64,000 bases of DNA from Octopus sinensis (lineage: Eukaryota): contig NC_043019.1 in the NCBI RefSeq assembly GCF_006345805.1, positions 13,019,360-13,083,359 on the forward strand. The letters run 5' to 3'. Positions 11,474-24,606 of this stretch are shown in pieces (the stretch's first letter is position 1; each line of letters begins with the position of its first letter). Position numbers and translations under genes: made by a program. The notes beneath the pieces were generated by a model. That model saw only the letters and a list, made by a program, of their open reading frames with translations. It made no database searches and was not told the DNA's origin.

Positions 11474-11925
11474 TAACCTTTTAAGCATTTAAACTGGCCA
11501 TAGCTGGCCAAAATATTCTGTTTTATTATCAAACTGGCAAGATCTGGCCTCTTACACCAATCCTACAATATCATTCTAAAAGTTAACAGTTACCTCTTCA
11601 AAACCTCAAAGCTACAATGTTAATTAATTACACAATTAATTCAAAACAATGTGAGTAAATAAGGATTACATTTGAGAGAGTAATTTGAATGCTTAAGGGT
11701 TAACTCGTTAGCATTTTAAATTGGACATATCTTATCAAAAATATTCTACCTATTTTATGTTAAAGCTGACCAGATCTGGCCTGTCACACCTACCCTATGA
11801 TGTCACTCTAAAAATATACAATCACATCACTGAAATCTCAAAGCTATCTGGTAATGCATGATTAATTCAAAACTATGTGAATAAATAAGCATTACTTTTG
11901 ACAATATGAATGCTAAAGAGTTAAA
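11474..11925. mobile_element. Two tandem piggyBac-like MITEs sharing TTAA; a third inverted, SINE-interrupted copy spans about 10535-11475
   Basis: TTAAC(C/T)...TAGCATT...AATGCT(A/T)AAG(G/A)GTTAA termini, ~225 bp units. Confidence 0.6.
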
Positions 11926-13946
11926 TGCTAGAAGCCAACAAACAAGCTTCTATGTAATCAATCAATTTGCCAGATATAGCAGCTAAATTCACCCAACTCA
12001 TCATCATCATTTAATGTTCAATCTTTCCTGCTTACATGGGCCAGACAGAATTTGTGGTGGAAAGATTTTCTACAGCCAGATGTCTGCTCTATTGGCAACC
12101 TTCACCTCTTTCCAAGCAAGGTAATATTTCCCCAAGGCGGCGATGGCAGAATCGTTAACACTGGTGGAATGCTAAGCAGTATTTCGTCTGCCACTGTTGT
12201 GAGTTCAGCCGAGGTGACTTTGCTTTCATCCTTTTGGGTCGATTAAATAAGTACCATGCACTGGGGTCGATATAATCGACTATACCTATTTGTCCTTGTT
12301 TGCCCCTCTATGTAGCCCCTTGTGGGTAATAAAGAAATAGGTAATATTTCCCCATGGATAGACATGTTTTTTTCATGAAAGACTGAAAACAAACACTGTT
12401 GCTTGTATAACGAGGATGAGGCTTATTTACATCCATTACATGACGTCAAGACATAGGTACACACAAATATACAGACACACGTGTGTGCCATCATCATCAT
12501 CATTTAGCATCTGCTTTCCATGCTGGCATAGGTTAGACGTTTGATTGAAAACTGAAGCTGGAGAGCTGCACCAGGTTCCATTTGATTTGGCATTGGTTCC
12601 TATGGTTGGATGCCTTTTCTAACACCAGCCACTCAAAGAGAATATTGGGTGTTTTTTATGTGACACTGGCATGCGTACCAGTTATGTGACACCAGCATCG
12701 GCCACAACTATGCACCCACTTGGCTTGATGAGTCTTCTCAAGCATGGCATATAGCCAAAAGTCTTGGTCACTTATTGTCTCCGTGAGGCACCATGTTACA
12801 TTTGAAGGGTGTATTTTATGCGTCATTGACACCGGCATTGGCCACAACTATATATATATGTGTGAAGGCGGCGAGCTGGCAGAAACGTTAGCACACCGGG
12901 CGAAATGCGTAGCCGTATTTCAACTGCTGTTACGTTCTGGGTTCAAATTCCGCCAAGGTCGACTTTGCCTTTCATCCCTTTCGGGGTCGATAAATTAAGT
13001 ACCAGTTACGCACTGGGGTCGATGTAATCGACTTAATCCCTTTGTCTGTCCTTGTTTGTCCCCTCAATGTTTAGCCCCTTGTGGGTAGTAAAGAAATATA
13101 TATATATGTGTGTGTATATATTGCTGAAAGATCAAAATTAATCAAAGGGCATACTAAGTATATCTACATACTGGAAATAACAGTCAAAACTCTTATTTAA
13201 ATTGCTGATGGGCTGGTAATATTTCACTGTGACAGACACGTTTCAGCAGGAGATTGGAAACAAGGGATACCATTTGAATGATGGTAACACCTGTTTACAA
13301 CCACTGCACTATGCCAAGGAAGCACAAACACACACAGAATCCCACCTCCTATTTTACATGGTCAGTGGGCCTCACGGAGGCAATGACAAATGACCGTGAC
13401 CTTTGGTAATATGCTGCGCTTGAATAGAAGACCCATCAAGTCAAGTGAAATCGCAGTCATAGCAGATACTGGTGTCATGTAACTGACCAAACTATATCAA
13501 ATCAGACTGGAGTCAGCTTGCCAACCCTGGTCAAACCATCTAACCCATGCCAGCATGGATAATGGATGTTAAATGATGATGATGGTAATTGGTGTGATAC
13601 AAGTAGTTGGAAACAGTGACTCGATGCAGCTACATTTATCATCAAGGTTTAGACATTTGTACACCGTGAAATATGTTCTCAAAACATTTATCTATACCAT
13701 TTCAAATGCAGTATGGGAATGGTTCCATTCAAAATGGTATTATTCCATTTTGAATGTGAAATGGTACAGACTGGAGAACCTACAGAAATGTTTTTTCTAT
13801 ATCCCATACACATATATGCATAGGTGTGGCTGTGTGATAACGTCAGCGTAAATAAATTTTGGAGTAATTGGTTAAAAACGTTAGGAAAATAACAGTTTTA
13901 TTGTATAGCCAACTAACTGAGTTGAATTGAAAGATAAGTGACTTAC

Positions 13947-14009
13947 CAAGTTGGTTAAAATAAGACCGATTGTAAAACCACTGCTGGAGAACTCTATACC
14001 AGGCTGGAG
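13947..14009 (-). CDS. UQCRB: UQCRB exon 2 (APAWYRVLQQWFYNRSYFNQL+G)
   Basis: ttttag|CTCCAGCC...CAACTTG|gtaagt. Resembles the family motif W(Y/F)YN...FN.LG. Confidence 0.92.
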
Positions 14010-14223
14010 CTAAAAGAGATATTTTCAAATTATCAGATGTACAGGAGATAGAAAAAAATATATGAAAAAATATCAAATTATATTCAATTAAAAATATTAA
14101 TCGTTAGTCAGGGTTAACGTATAATACTAAAATCTGACTAGAAAATAATAATGATGTGGTGAGGAAGAATAACATTAGTCAATAACTATTATTAAATTAT
14201 TTCAGCATGTAAAGGGGGGGGAA

Positions 14224-14264
14224 CTTAGGACATGTTTCAGTCTTACTGTCTTTTATCAGCAAAA
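14224..14264 (-). ncRNA. Degenerate hammerhead relic, sense in UQCRB intron 1
   Basis: Reverse complement: TTTTG CTGATAA A AGAC-AGTAA-GACT GAAA CATG TC CTAAG. G8 changed to A; mismatches in stems I and II. Confidence 0.4.
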
Positions 14265-15699
14265 CAAACTTTACTGTACTAACTGAAGTAGCATTAATTA
14301 TTAAGCATTAAATAATAAATGCATAATAATTAATGTCTACTGGTTAGCACAGAAAAAAAAATGCGGATAATTTAGGCAAAGGAGTGGCTGTGTGGTAAGT
14401 AGCTTGCTTACCAACCACATGGTTCCGGGTTCAGTCCCACTGCGTGGCACCTTGGGCAAGTGTCTTCTGCTATAGCCTCGGGCCGACCAATGCCTTGTGA
14501 GTGGATTTAGTAGACGGAAACTGAAAGAAGCCCATCATATATATGTATATATGTGTGTGTATGTTTGTGTGTATGTGTTTGTCCCCCTAGCATTGCTTGA
14601 CAACCGATGCTGGTGTGTTTACGTTCCCGTCACTTAGCGGTTCGGCAAAAGAGACCGATAGAATAAGTACTGGGCTTACAAAGAATAAGTCCCGGGGTCG
14701 ATTTGCTCGACTAAAGGCGGTGCTCCAGCATGGCCGCAGTCAAATGACTGAAACAAGTAAAAGAGTAAAGTTTTAAATATCAGAACACTTCCACCTGGGC
14801 TCCATTGGTGGCACACAATTGCTAAGTTATTTTTGTTTTTTTACAATACCACCATGACTGATATCCAAACTACAGTGGAGAAGGCTAGCCACTGGATTTG
14901 GTTAAAAAGAGACGATGAGCGATGGCTAGAAGAATATTGAGCTTTATTTGATAACCAGTTGATCTAGCAAGCGGGGCCTCATATCAGTGAGGAGGACCGG
15001 TGCACATTGATGCCGTCGAGAGGTAGGCCCCGAAACGGCGCGCATTCTCTCCTGATGACCCCATACACTTGCTGGCTTCTGGTATACTCTCTCTTTTGCT
15101 CTTTTATTTGTTTCAGTCATTTGACTGCGGCCATGCTGGAGCACCGCCTTTTTTAGTCAAGCAATTTGACCCCAGGACTTATTCTTTGTAAGCCTAGTAC
15201 TTATTCTATCGGTCTCTTTTGCCGAACCGCTAAGTAACGGGGACGTAAACACACCAGCATCGGTTGTCAAGCGATGTTGGGGTGGGGGTGGGGGACAAAC
15301 ACAGACACACAAACATACACACACATATATACGACGGGCTTCTTTCAGTTTCCGTCTATCAAATCCACTCACAAGGCTTTGGTCGGCCCGAGGCTATAGT
15401 AGAAGACACTTGCCCAAGGTGCCACGCAATGGGACTGAACCCGGAACCGTGTGGTTGGTAAGCAAGCTACTTACCACACAGCCACTCTGCGGAGTTTTTG
15501 ACTGGTAGCACTTGCATGTGCAAGTTGTTTGCAAGACATCTGAAATTTTAAAATTGTAAACGGTAATTTATGGACACCCCTGTATATTTATTTGTTTCAG
15601 TCATGAGATTAGACTGCAGCCATGCTGGAGTACTTGCCTTGAATTTTAGTCAAACAAACTGACTCCAGTACTTATTTTTTTAAAGCTGGGTATTTATTC

Positions 15700-16020
15700 T
15701 GTGGACAGCGAGGCTCACCAATGGAGAAGTTCTTAAGCAGATAGGGCCGAAAATGTCGCTAGAAGCTGGGATCACCAAGCGTAGATTGACATATTTCGGT
15801 CATATTATGCGGAGAGAATCCCTGGAGAAGGACATCATGCTTGGAATGGTCAGTGACAAGAGAGGAAGAGGCCAACCAAGAACCTGCTGGTTTGACACCA
15901 TCAGGAGTGATACCGGAATGGACATGGCCAGTCTGAAGGAAGCGGCCTAGGATAGAACTGACTGGAGGACACTGATCCAAAGAGTGACTGAGAGTTGACT
16001 TCGACTGAGCGGTTAGAGAG
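15700..16020 (+). mobile_element. RTE (BovB-like) LINE 3' fragment
   Basis: KRRLTYFGHIMRRESLEKDIMLG....RGRGQPRTCWFD. Confidence 0.75.
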
Positions 16021-17998
16021 ATATTTATTCTACTGGTTTCTTTTGCTGAACTGGTAAGTTACAAGGACATAAACACATCGACACCGGTTGACAAGCAGTA
16101 ACAAGGGAAAAACATAAAGACACATACAGAGATATATATCTTCTCTCAGTTTCCTTCGATCAAATCAACTACCTCGCCCCCAAAACATCAGCCCCTCTGC
16201 CTATAGTAGAACTCTCTCTTACTCTTTTTACTCTTTTACTTGTTTTAGTCATTTGACTGTGGTCATGCTGGAGCACCGCCTTTAATTGAGCAACTTGACA
16301 CCGGCACTTATTCTATCGGATCTCTTTTGCCGAACCGCTAAGTGACGGGGACATAAACACACCAGCATCGGTTGTCAAGCAATGCTAGGGGGACAAACAC
16401 AGACACACACACATACATATATATATATACATACATATATATATATACATACATATATACGACAGGCTTCTTTCAGTTTCCGTCTACCAAATCCACTCAC
16501 AAGGCTTTGGTCGGCCTGAGGCTAAAGTAGAAGACACTTGCCCAAGGTGCCACGCAGTGGGACTGAACCCGGAACCATGTGGTTGGAAAACAAGCTACTT
16601 ACCACACAGCCACTCCTGTGCCTAAATAGATTGTAAAAAATAAAGAGTGTGTCTTCTATCCTATAAATACGATGAACAGTAGCTACTGGAAAACCTGTGT
16701 AACTCTGCCTGACTTTCCTTATAACTTTCAGAAAAATGGGTAATTTTTACTGAAATTTTCTACAAATATCTTTCAGGTGTAGATTTCGATTATATCGGAA
16801 TCTCCTATGCAAAAATTTTTCGGAGGGGAAGGGGGCAGAGTTTCGACTTTGTTTCCTCCTAACTTTCAGAAAAACGGGTAGTTTTTCAAGAAAATTTGTA
16901 CAAATATCTTTCAGAAGGTGTATATTACGATTATGTCGGGATTAAATGTTTAAAAAAAAAAAGGAAGGAAACGTTGGTTGCATACACATACAAATTACAC
17001 ACAACACATTTTGTTTTTCAATATTCCAAGTTTAACGTAGATTAAACCCAAAAGAAATTACTGGTGGAGGGGGAAAACAGTTACACACACACAAAAAAAA
17101 AAAAAACCTTAATATTTAAGTGGTTGCCAGGATATTCGATGTAGAAAGAAATTTAGAAGACAGGAGCACGTTAGTGATTATTATGTGCACTGTCATTTCT
17201 TCACAGATTTTCGATAGGTAAAAAGTTGGGGAGGACAAATTGTTTAAACTTAGGTCAGACGTGACAGAACAGACTTCTTTCCAACCACGACTGCACAGTC
17301 TTTTTTAATTTATATACAAATTGGATCATATAGTCCCAAATTATTCATCATAAAACGACAGGTGTGTGATATGAATCAAATCTGGATCTTATTTCTAACA
17401 GGTAAAAATAGAGAAGGTGAATTAACTCAGGTCGGAAGTGACCGAGTAGATCTATGATTAAAGACCTTCCAACCACGACCATAACGTTTTTCAGTTTTTT
17501 ATACGTCGTGGAGCAGGTAGTTTAATGTATCCATCGCCTCGTAAGACGACAGGTGTGTGTGATTGGAAGTAAATTTCGAAGCTAGATCAAACAGATCGCG
17601 TGGACATTCCTTCGATGGTTCGCAATAACAAAGGTACAAATGCTGAGGTGTTTGTTCAAAAGGACAACTAGAAAAGACATAAGGTATATTCAGCCATATA
17701 CTGGGGTCGATTTATGTTCCTTTAACATAATACTAGATGTAAAAGGAATCATAAAGAAGACCAGGTGAGACGATAAACAAAAAATTGTCCTCCAAAATAT
17801 CAGAAGAGACACAGAAGGTGAATGTCCTTGGATAACATTGTTGACATAGGAAAGGGTGTTGGTCGAAGGTCAAAGAAGTGTTTGATTGTTATATAATTTT
17901 TGGGAAAAGCTGGAGGAGTATTATTTCTTGCACGGTAAAAATTAAATGAAAGAATAATTAATCAGTTAATTAAATAGAAAGGCTAATTATTTACTCAC

Positions 17999-18026
17999 CT
18001 TCTTTGATTGCTTGACGTGCGGCCAT
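17999..18026 (-). CDS. UQCRB: Cytochrome b-c1 complex subunit 7, coding exon 1 (MAARQAIKE+G, phase 1)
   Basis: Minus strand aaccATGGCCGCACGTCAAGCAATCAAAGAAG|gtgagt. Good Kozak context and donor; the phase joins exon 2 in frame. Confidence 0.85.
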
Positions 18027-18350
18027 GGTTGTTCTGACGGAGGACTTCACAAGAGGATCATGGGTATATCGCTTTCAATAACACTTATTTTTTTTTAGAA
18101 GAATTAAAAATAATCCTCTATAATATTTAGAATTCAAATACTTATATTAAACATTATGTATATCTAAAATATCAAAGTCGAAGAAAATTCCGAAAAAATT
18201 TTTCTCGGGAATTGGAAAGAGGAAAAACACAAAGAAAAAGTAGTAAACAATTTCGTAATCTCGTGGTAACGAGAACTCATGGTAAAGTGCAAGTGGATGA
18301 TGATAACGTGATTCGGTAGGTGGATCAGACTATCGTCTGCTATTTCCAAG
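18027..18350. promoter_or_regulatory. Shared bidirectional promoter/5'UTR interval between UQCRB and HS1BP3
   Basis: Divergent ATGs at 18026 (-) and 18351 (+). Repeat-free and locally CpG-richer sequence over about 18000-18720; GC-box-like run at 18703-18718. Confidence 0.7.
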
Positions 18351-18376
18351 ATGCTGGCAGCTACAGTTACCGTCAG
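18351..18376 (+). CDS. HS1BP3: HCLS1-binding protein 3-like, coding exon 1 (MLAATVTV+AG, phase 2)
   Basis: ccaagATGCTGGCAGCTACAGTTACCGTCAG|gttggt. Phase 2 matches the next exon, giving MLAATVTVRQLKNPETG, similar to the HS1BP3 N-terminus. Confidence 0.72.
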
Positions 18377-18776
18377 GTTGGTTCCTTTTTATTTCTTAAG
18401 ATTCACTGAAAAATGTTGCTCGAACCGTAAGGCATAAGGAGCGACAAAAAAAGGCGACGATTTAATGAAAAAATGTCCTGTTTCTACGTCGCCTTTTTTT
18501 TCTCTCCTCCCCACCATTCGCGCGTACTGATCGTATTTTCATTATCTTACCAACACCTTATGTGTGATACGTTGCTTCTTTGTCGCCTCTGCTTGCTTTG
18601 CTTTCCTTTTTTCTTGCTTGCTTTGCTTTGCTCTAATTTCAAGCAACAGGTTTTTAAATGTAACAGTTGTGAAATTTAAAAAAATCTCGGCCCTTTTTTT
18701 TGGGGGGGGGGCGTGGTCGATGACTAACAATGCATTGAGATGAGTGAAATAAGGTCTTAAAAGCATTCTTCATATA

Positions 18777-19448
18777 CAGCAGAAGCCGCTTATTGTGATC
18801 TAATTAGAGGGTGATGAGCCTCTTAAACGATAATAATAATAATAATAATAACGATCGGCTGATATAACATTAGCAAGAAGACAGTATGGAGATACCCCCG
18901 ATCGTGTTTGGTACCTATTGGTGTTTTATCACAGTAACCGTTTGCTAACGTTGTCTGTAATTACAATAAGCGGATTCTACCCATTGTAGTTGAAAGCATT
19001 CTTTCTTCGAATGCAGTTACAAGCTGCTTATTTTGATCAAATTAGAAATGATCCTTTTAAATGATAATAATAATAGTAATAGTGTTTCCTTTATTAGCCA
19101 CATGGGCCTACGTAGAGCATACAAGGACACAAAATACAAATAATTGCACAAAACGGAGGGATTTACAGAGTAAAAATATAAAATAATAACAAAAATAATG
19201 ATAATAATAATAATAATAATATTAATAATAATAATAATAATGATGATAATAATAATAATTATGATAATAATAATAATAATAGTGATAATAATAATGATAA
19301 TGATAATAATAATAATAATGATAATAATAATTGGCTGATAACATTAAACGGAGTGTGACAATATCCTGAGCGTATTCGGTGCTCATCAGTATCGATCACG
19401 ATATAACCCGTTCGATAACACTGTGATTATAATAAGCGGCTTCCACTG
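18777..19448. mobile_element. Old pogo/Tigger-like MITE expanded by (AAT)n
   Basis: Imperfect TIR CAG(C/T)(A/G)GAAGCCGCTTATT(G/A)T(G/A)ATC. Confidence 0.5.
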
Positions 19449-20207
19449 CATTTAATGTTATATATATATATATATATTTGCAAAGAAATTAGCGCTATTT
19501 TACTTTTTAAAGTCCTCGTATGTGGTTCAGATATATTTATGCCTGGGAAGAATAATAATAATAAAGAGGCATTGTGAGTGGTCTTGATGCTAAAAAAAGA
19601 ACATAGCCACGTTTGATAATGTGGTTCTGGTGTCACGCTGTGGCCTTGCAGCTTAAAACGATGGGATTGCCACGACTGGAGTGTCTTTTTAATCATAGGT
19701 CTGTACGATCGAAGATAACCTGGTGGAGCTAAAAACCACGGTTAATATAACGGTTAAAACCACGACCACGGGTTTCGAAACCCCTCGCTTCATTTCTTTA
19801 ATAATAATAATAATAATAATAATGATAATAATAATAACAATGATAATGATAATAATAATAATGATAATAATAATAATGATAATGATAATAATGATGATGA
19901 TAATAACCACTTGTTTAGCCCCAGGTCAGCACTGACTAAGCAGACGTATGTATGATCAAAGCTATTCCAACCGTGACCATCGTACCATTCTTTTTCTTTC
20001 TTTTCTTTTATACTTTTTTTTTCAAGCATAGTATAATATCTGGACCGAGGTGCCTTTGTTTATTTATTATAAGATAGGTCTGAGGGAGATTTGGCTGTTA
20101 TTTCTGTCTGATAGACCAACCACTTTCGATCTGTTCGAAGTCGATTCATTTGTCTAAAAACCATTCCTTGGCAAATATCGGTTCTCTGTGTCATCATAAC
20201 GGGGAAT

Positions 20208-20268
<61 letters not shown>

Positions 20269-20292
20269 TAATAATAATAATAAGAAGAAGAA

Positions 20293-20394
20293 TGTACCCT
20301 TATCAAACGGGTAGTCACGAGGGGTATATTGGGCTTCGTATATTTTACCCCAGTGTCTCTTCGATGTCATGCACTGCTCTCTCACTTAATAATG

Positions 20395-20439
<45 letters not shown>

Positions 20440-20792
20440 TACCCTTATCAGACGGGTAGCCAATAATAATAATAATGTACCCTTATCAGACGGGTAGCCA
20501 ATAATAATAATAATGTACCCTTATCAGACGGGTAGTCAATAATAATAATAATGTACCCTTATCAGACGGGTAGTCATGAGGGGTATATTGGGCTTCGTAT
20601 ATTTTACCCCAGTGTCTCTTTGATGGCATGCACTGCTCTCTCACTCAATAATAATAATAATAATAATAACAATAATAATAATAATAATATAATAATAATG
20701 TACCCTTATCAGACGGGTAGTCATGAGGGGTATATTGGGCTTCGTATATTTTACCCCAGTGTCTCTTCGATGTCATGCACTGCTCTCTCACT
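20293..20792. repeat. Array of three ~93-bp and three ~24-bp modules separated by (AAT)n
   Basis: All modules begin TGTACCCTTATCA(G/A)ACGGGTAG. Confidence 0.88.
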
Positions 20793-23700
20793 TAATAATG
20801 ATAATAATAATAATAATAATGATAATAATAATAGTTCTTTCTAGTTTTGGCACCAAGCCAGCAATTTTGAAGGGAAGGTGATGTCGGTTACAGAGACCCC
20901 CAGTGCACAACCGTTGCTTGTTTCATCGACCACGAAGGGACGAAAGGCTAAAGTCGACCTCGATGGAATATAATGATAATAAACCCCACAGAATGTGCTT
21001 TCCACGAATTGAGTTCGTGAAATCTATTTTCGTGACATCATGATATTATATATATATAACAACTCTGCAAAGCCAATAAAGCAGTCTCCGCCTACAAGGT
21101 TGCTCGGTCTGCTAGAAACAGCAGTCAAATCTCATTCGAATCTCTACGGTGAACATAGTGGGACACAATGAAGCATGTACTTCCTGTTATACTAAAAAAG
21201 TGAAAAAGTGAAAAAAGAGAGAATGGATGGTCACGACTAGAACGCCTTTGATTATATAGGTCTGCTCGATCAAGGTGTGACTTGGGGTTAAACAACATCT
21301 GATTGTGGATTGACACGAGTCACACGAGCACACGAGTCAACAAAGCAGCCTCCGTCTGCGCGTGTTTGCTCAACCTGCTAGAAATGATAGCCAGATATTC
21401 CTCATGTCACGTTCTTCAAATGTGACGGAACATCTCTCGTCATAGGCAGCTCGATCGAAGCTGACATGGGGGTTGAAGAACATCGACAACAATAATAAAT
21501 ATAGAATTGGGGTAACGTTGCTGGGATATGTTTTTTCCCCTCAATAATGTAGTCCTGTGCATTTTTCACTTAGACATATTCTATGAGTCAGAGTAAGACT
21601 CGTTTAGCCCCAGGCCTGCTCTGATCGAGCAAACCTATGATCAAAACCACTTTAGCGGTGAATATTCCGCCTTTTATTCAAACGATATGTATACTCTCTC
21701 TCTCTTTTACTCTTTTACTTGTTTCAGTCACATTTTGACTGCGGCCATGCTGGAGCACCGCCTTTAGTCGACCAAATTAAAGAATTTTAGTCAAAGAAAT
21801 TGACCTCAGGACTTATTCCTTTGTAAGCCCAGTACTTATTCTATCGGTCTGTTTTGCCGAACCGCTAAGTTACGCGGACGTAAACACACCAGCATCTGTT
21901 GTCAAGCGATGTTGCGGGGACAAACACAGACACACAAACATACGAACTACACACACACACACACACGCATCACACACACGCACCACATACACACGCACCA
22001 CACACACACATACACATATATACGACAGGCTTCTTTCAGTTTCCGTCTATCAAATCCACTCACAAAGCTTTGGTCGGCCCGAGGCTATAGTAGAAGACAC
22101 TTGCCCAAGGTGCTACGCAGTGGGAATGAACACGGAACCATGTGGTTGGTAAGCAAGCTACTTACCCACACAGCCACTCCTGCGCCTGTATCTGTAATTA
22201 TATAATAAAAAATATGTCCTTTATTTAAAAAAGATTTAGCAGCTATTTCTGACAGATTAAGCAACCACGGAGATTAGTTCGTGGCTACCTTATTAAACCC
22301 GAGGTCACCATTGACTGAGAAAAGTTGTGAATAAAATCATTCTTCCGGTGACAAAACAGTTTTTAAAATTTCTCATTTATTTCCCTGTGTATCTAGGACG
22401 ATATTATTTTAATGTAACCACTTGCTTAAGAAGATTACGGGTGGTTAATCTGAGGGGAGACGTGACTGCTATTTCTTGCAGGTCAAACGACCAGAGGACT
22501 CACTTAAAGCCTGGTTGTAGATTAGTTTTGATTGTAAAACTATTATCAATGACATTCCTGTCATGACCATTCCACCTTTTCTTTTCTTGACATAGAACTT
22601 ACATTATCCAATGTATTTAGAACAAAAGAAAAAAAGAGAAAGAAAAAGAAAAACACAGATAGAAACTCTTATAGGCGCAGGAGTGGCTGTGTGGTAAGTA
22701 GCTTGCTAACCAACCACATGGTTCCGAGTTCAGGCCCACTGCGTGGCATCTTGGGCAAGTGTCTTCTGCTATAGCCCCGGGCCAACCAATGCCTTGTGAG
22801 TGGATTTGGTAGACGGAAACTGAAAGAAGCCTGTCGTATATATGTATATATATATATATATGTGTATATGTGTTTGTGTGTCTGTGTTTGTCCCCCTAGC
22901 ATTGCTTGACAACCGATGCTGGTGTGTTTATGTTCCCGTCACTTAGTGGTTCGGCAAAAAAGACCGATAGAATAAGTACTGGGCTTACAAAAGAATAAGT
23001 CCCAGGGTCGAGTTGCTCGACTAAAGGCGGTGCTCCAGCATGGCCGCAGTCAAATGACTGAAACAAGTAAAAAAGTAAAGAGTAAGCGTGATTTGAGGAA
23101 GATTTGGCTACTATTTTTAACAGGTCGAGTAACCACGTAGAAGTCCCTCCTACATTTGTACTGATAATAGAAACTTATTTTTGTAACTAATGGTGTTGTT
23201 ATAATTCATGGTAGTTGCAGTTTGTTGATAATGTGTTGACTACAGATGTGGGTGGCAGATCTGGAGCAGAGATTATTTGGCACACAGTAGTACTAATAGG
23301 GGAAACACTGCATCATGTATCTTGATGCTGCAGGAATCTCTCTACTCTAATATATTAATGAAATCAATACGTCATGCCACAAAAAAAAAAAACAAAAAGA
23401 CAGCCAAGCTTATGGAAAGCGATGAAATGGGACTGCGAAAATAAAATAAAATAAAATAAATAAATAACTACACAAAAAATTAAAAAAAAAAGCATCAATA
23501 AGTTTAGCTGTGCTGTTTAGTGAGTAACTGTGTGACACCAATCTTACTAAATGTTATTATATTTTATTGATTTCATTGTATTGAATTGTGGATGAATCAT
23601 AATAACCAGCCAACAGACCAGAAAGAGAAAATCTGGTGCACTGTGTGCTGCTTTTAATATTGGGCAAATCAAACTAGAGTAAATATAGCAGAGGCTCCGT

Positions 23701-24568
23701 GAGTGTATATGTGTGTGTGCGTGCTTATATATATATACATATCATCATCATCATCATCATCGTTTAACGTCCGCTTTCCATGCTAGCATGGGTTGGATGG
23801 TTCAACTGGGGTCTGGGAAGCCCGAAGGCTGCACCAGGCCAGTCAGATCTGGCAGTGTTTCTACAGCTGGATGCCCTTCCTAACGCCAACCACTCCATGA
23901 GTGTAGTGGGTGCTTTTTATGTGCCACCGACACATAAATATATATAAGGCGCAGGAGTGGCTGTGTGGTAAGTAGCTTGCTAACCAACAACATGGTTCCG
24001 GGTTCAGTCCCACTGCGTGGCATCTTGGGCAAGTGTCTTCTGCTATAACTCCGGGCCAACCAATGCCTTGTGAGTGGATTTGGTAGATGGAGACTGAAAG
24101 AAGCCTGTCGTATATATGTACATATATATATATATGTGTGTGTGTGTATGTGTTTGTGTGTCTGTGTTTGTCCCCCTAGCATTGCTTGACAACCGATGCT
24201 GGTGTGTTTACGTCTCCGTAACTTAGCGGTTCGGCAAAAGAGACCGATAGAGTAAGTACTGGGCTTACAAAGAATAAGTCCCGGGGTCGATTTGCTCAAC
24301 TAAAGGCGGTGCTCCAGCATGGCCACAGTCAAATGACTGAAACAAGTAAAAGACTAAAGAGAGAGTAAGAGTATATATATGTATATACCATCGTCATCAT
24401 CATTTAAAGCAGTGGTTCTCAGCTGGAGCCCATATGACCCTTTGGGGTCCATATGAGATTTTTTTGCTGTTAAAGTTTAGGGGCAGTAAATTGGTTACTC
24501 TTCTACAATTTTTAAAACATATTTTAACAATATGCGCTGGAGTGGCTGTGTGGTAAGTAGCTTCCTTA

Positions 24569-24606
<38 letters not shown>

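Noticed and set aside
14378-14450. tRNA genes at SINE heads
   Set aside because: A/B boxes run into SINE bodies with no complete cloverleaf or acceptor stem.
14965-15065. Hammerhead or HDV-like ribozyme (GGGGCCT...AGGCCCC-GAAAC, nearby CTGATGA)
   Set aside because: No CUGANGA 5' of the stem, no U16.1/H17 with matching stem I, and no consistent permuted or pseudoknot fold found by eye.
19689-20029. Poly-Ile/poly-Leu ORFs and the many YIYI/THTH/SINE-derived ORFs (e.g. 23880, 28796, 44528, 44999, 49804)
   Set aside because: Translations of microsatellites, SINEs and the RTE 3'UTR, recurring at each repeat copy.
20293-20792. CRISPR array
   Set aside because: The spacers are (AAT)n, the repeats vary in length, the context is eukaryotic and there are no cas genes.
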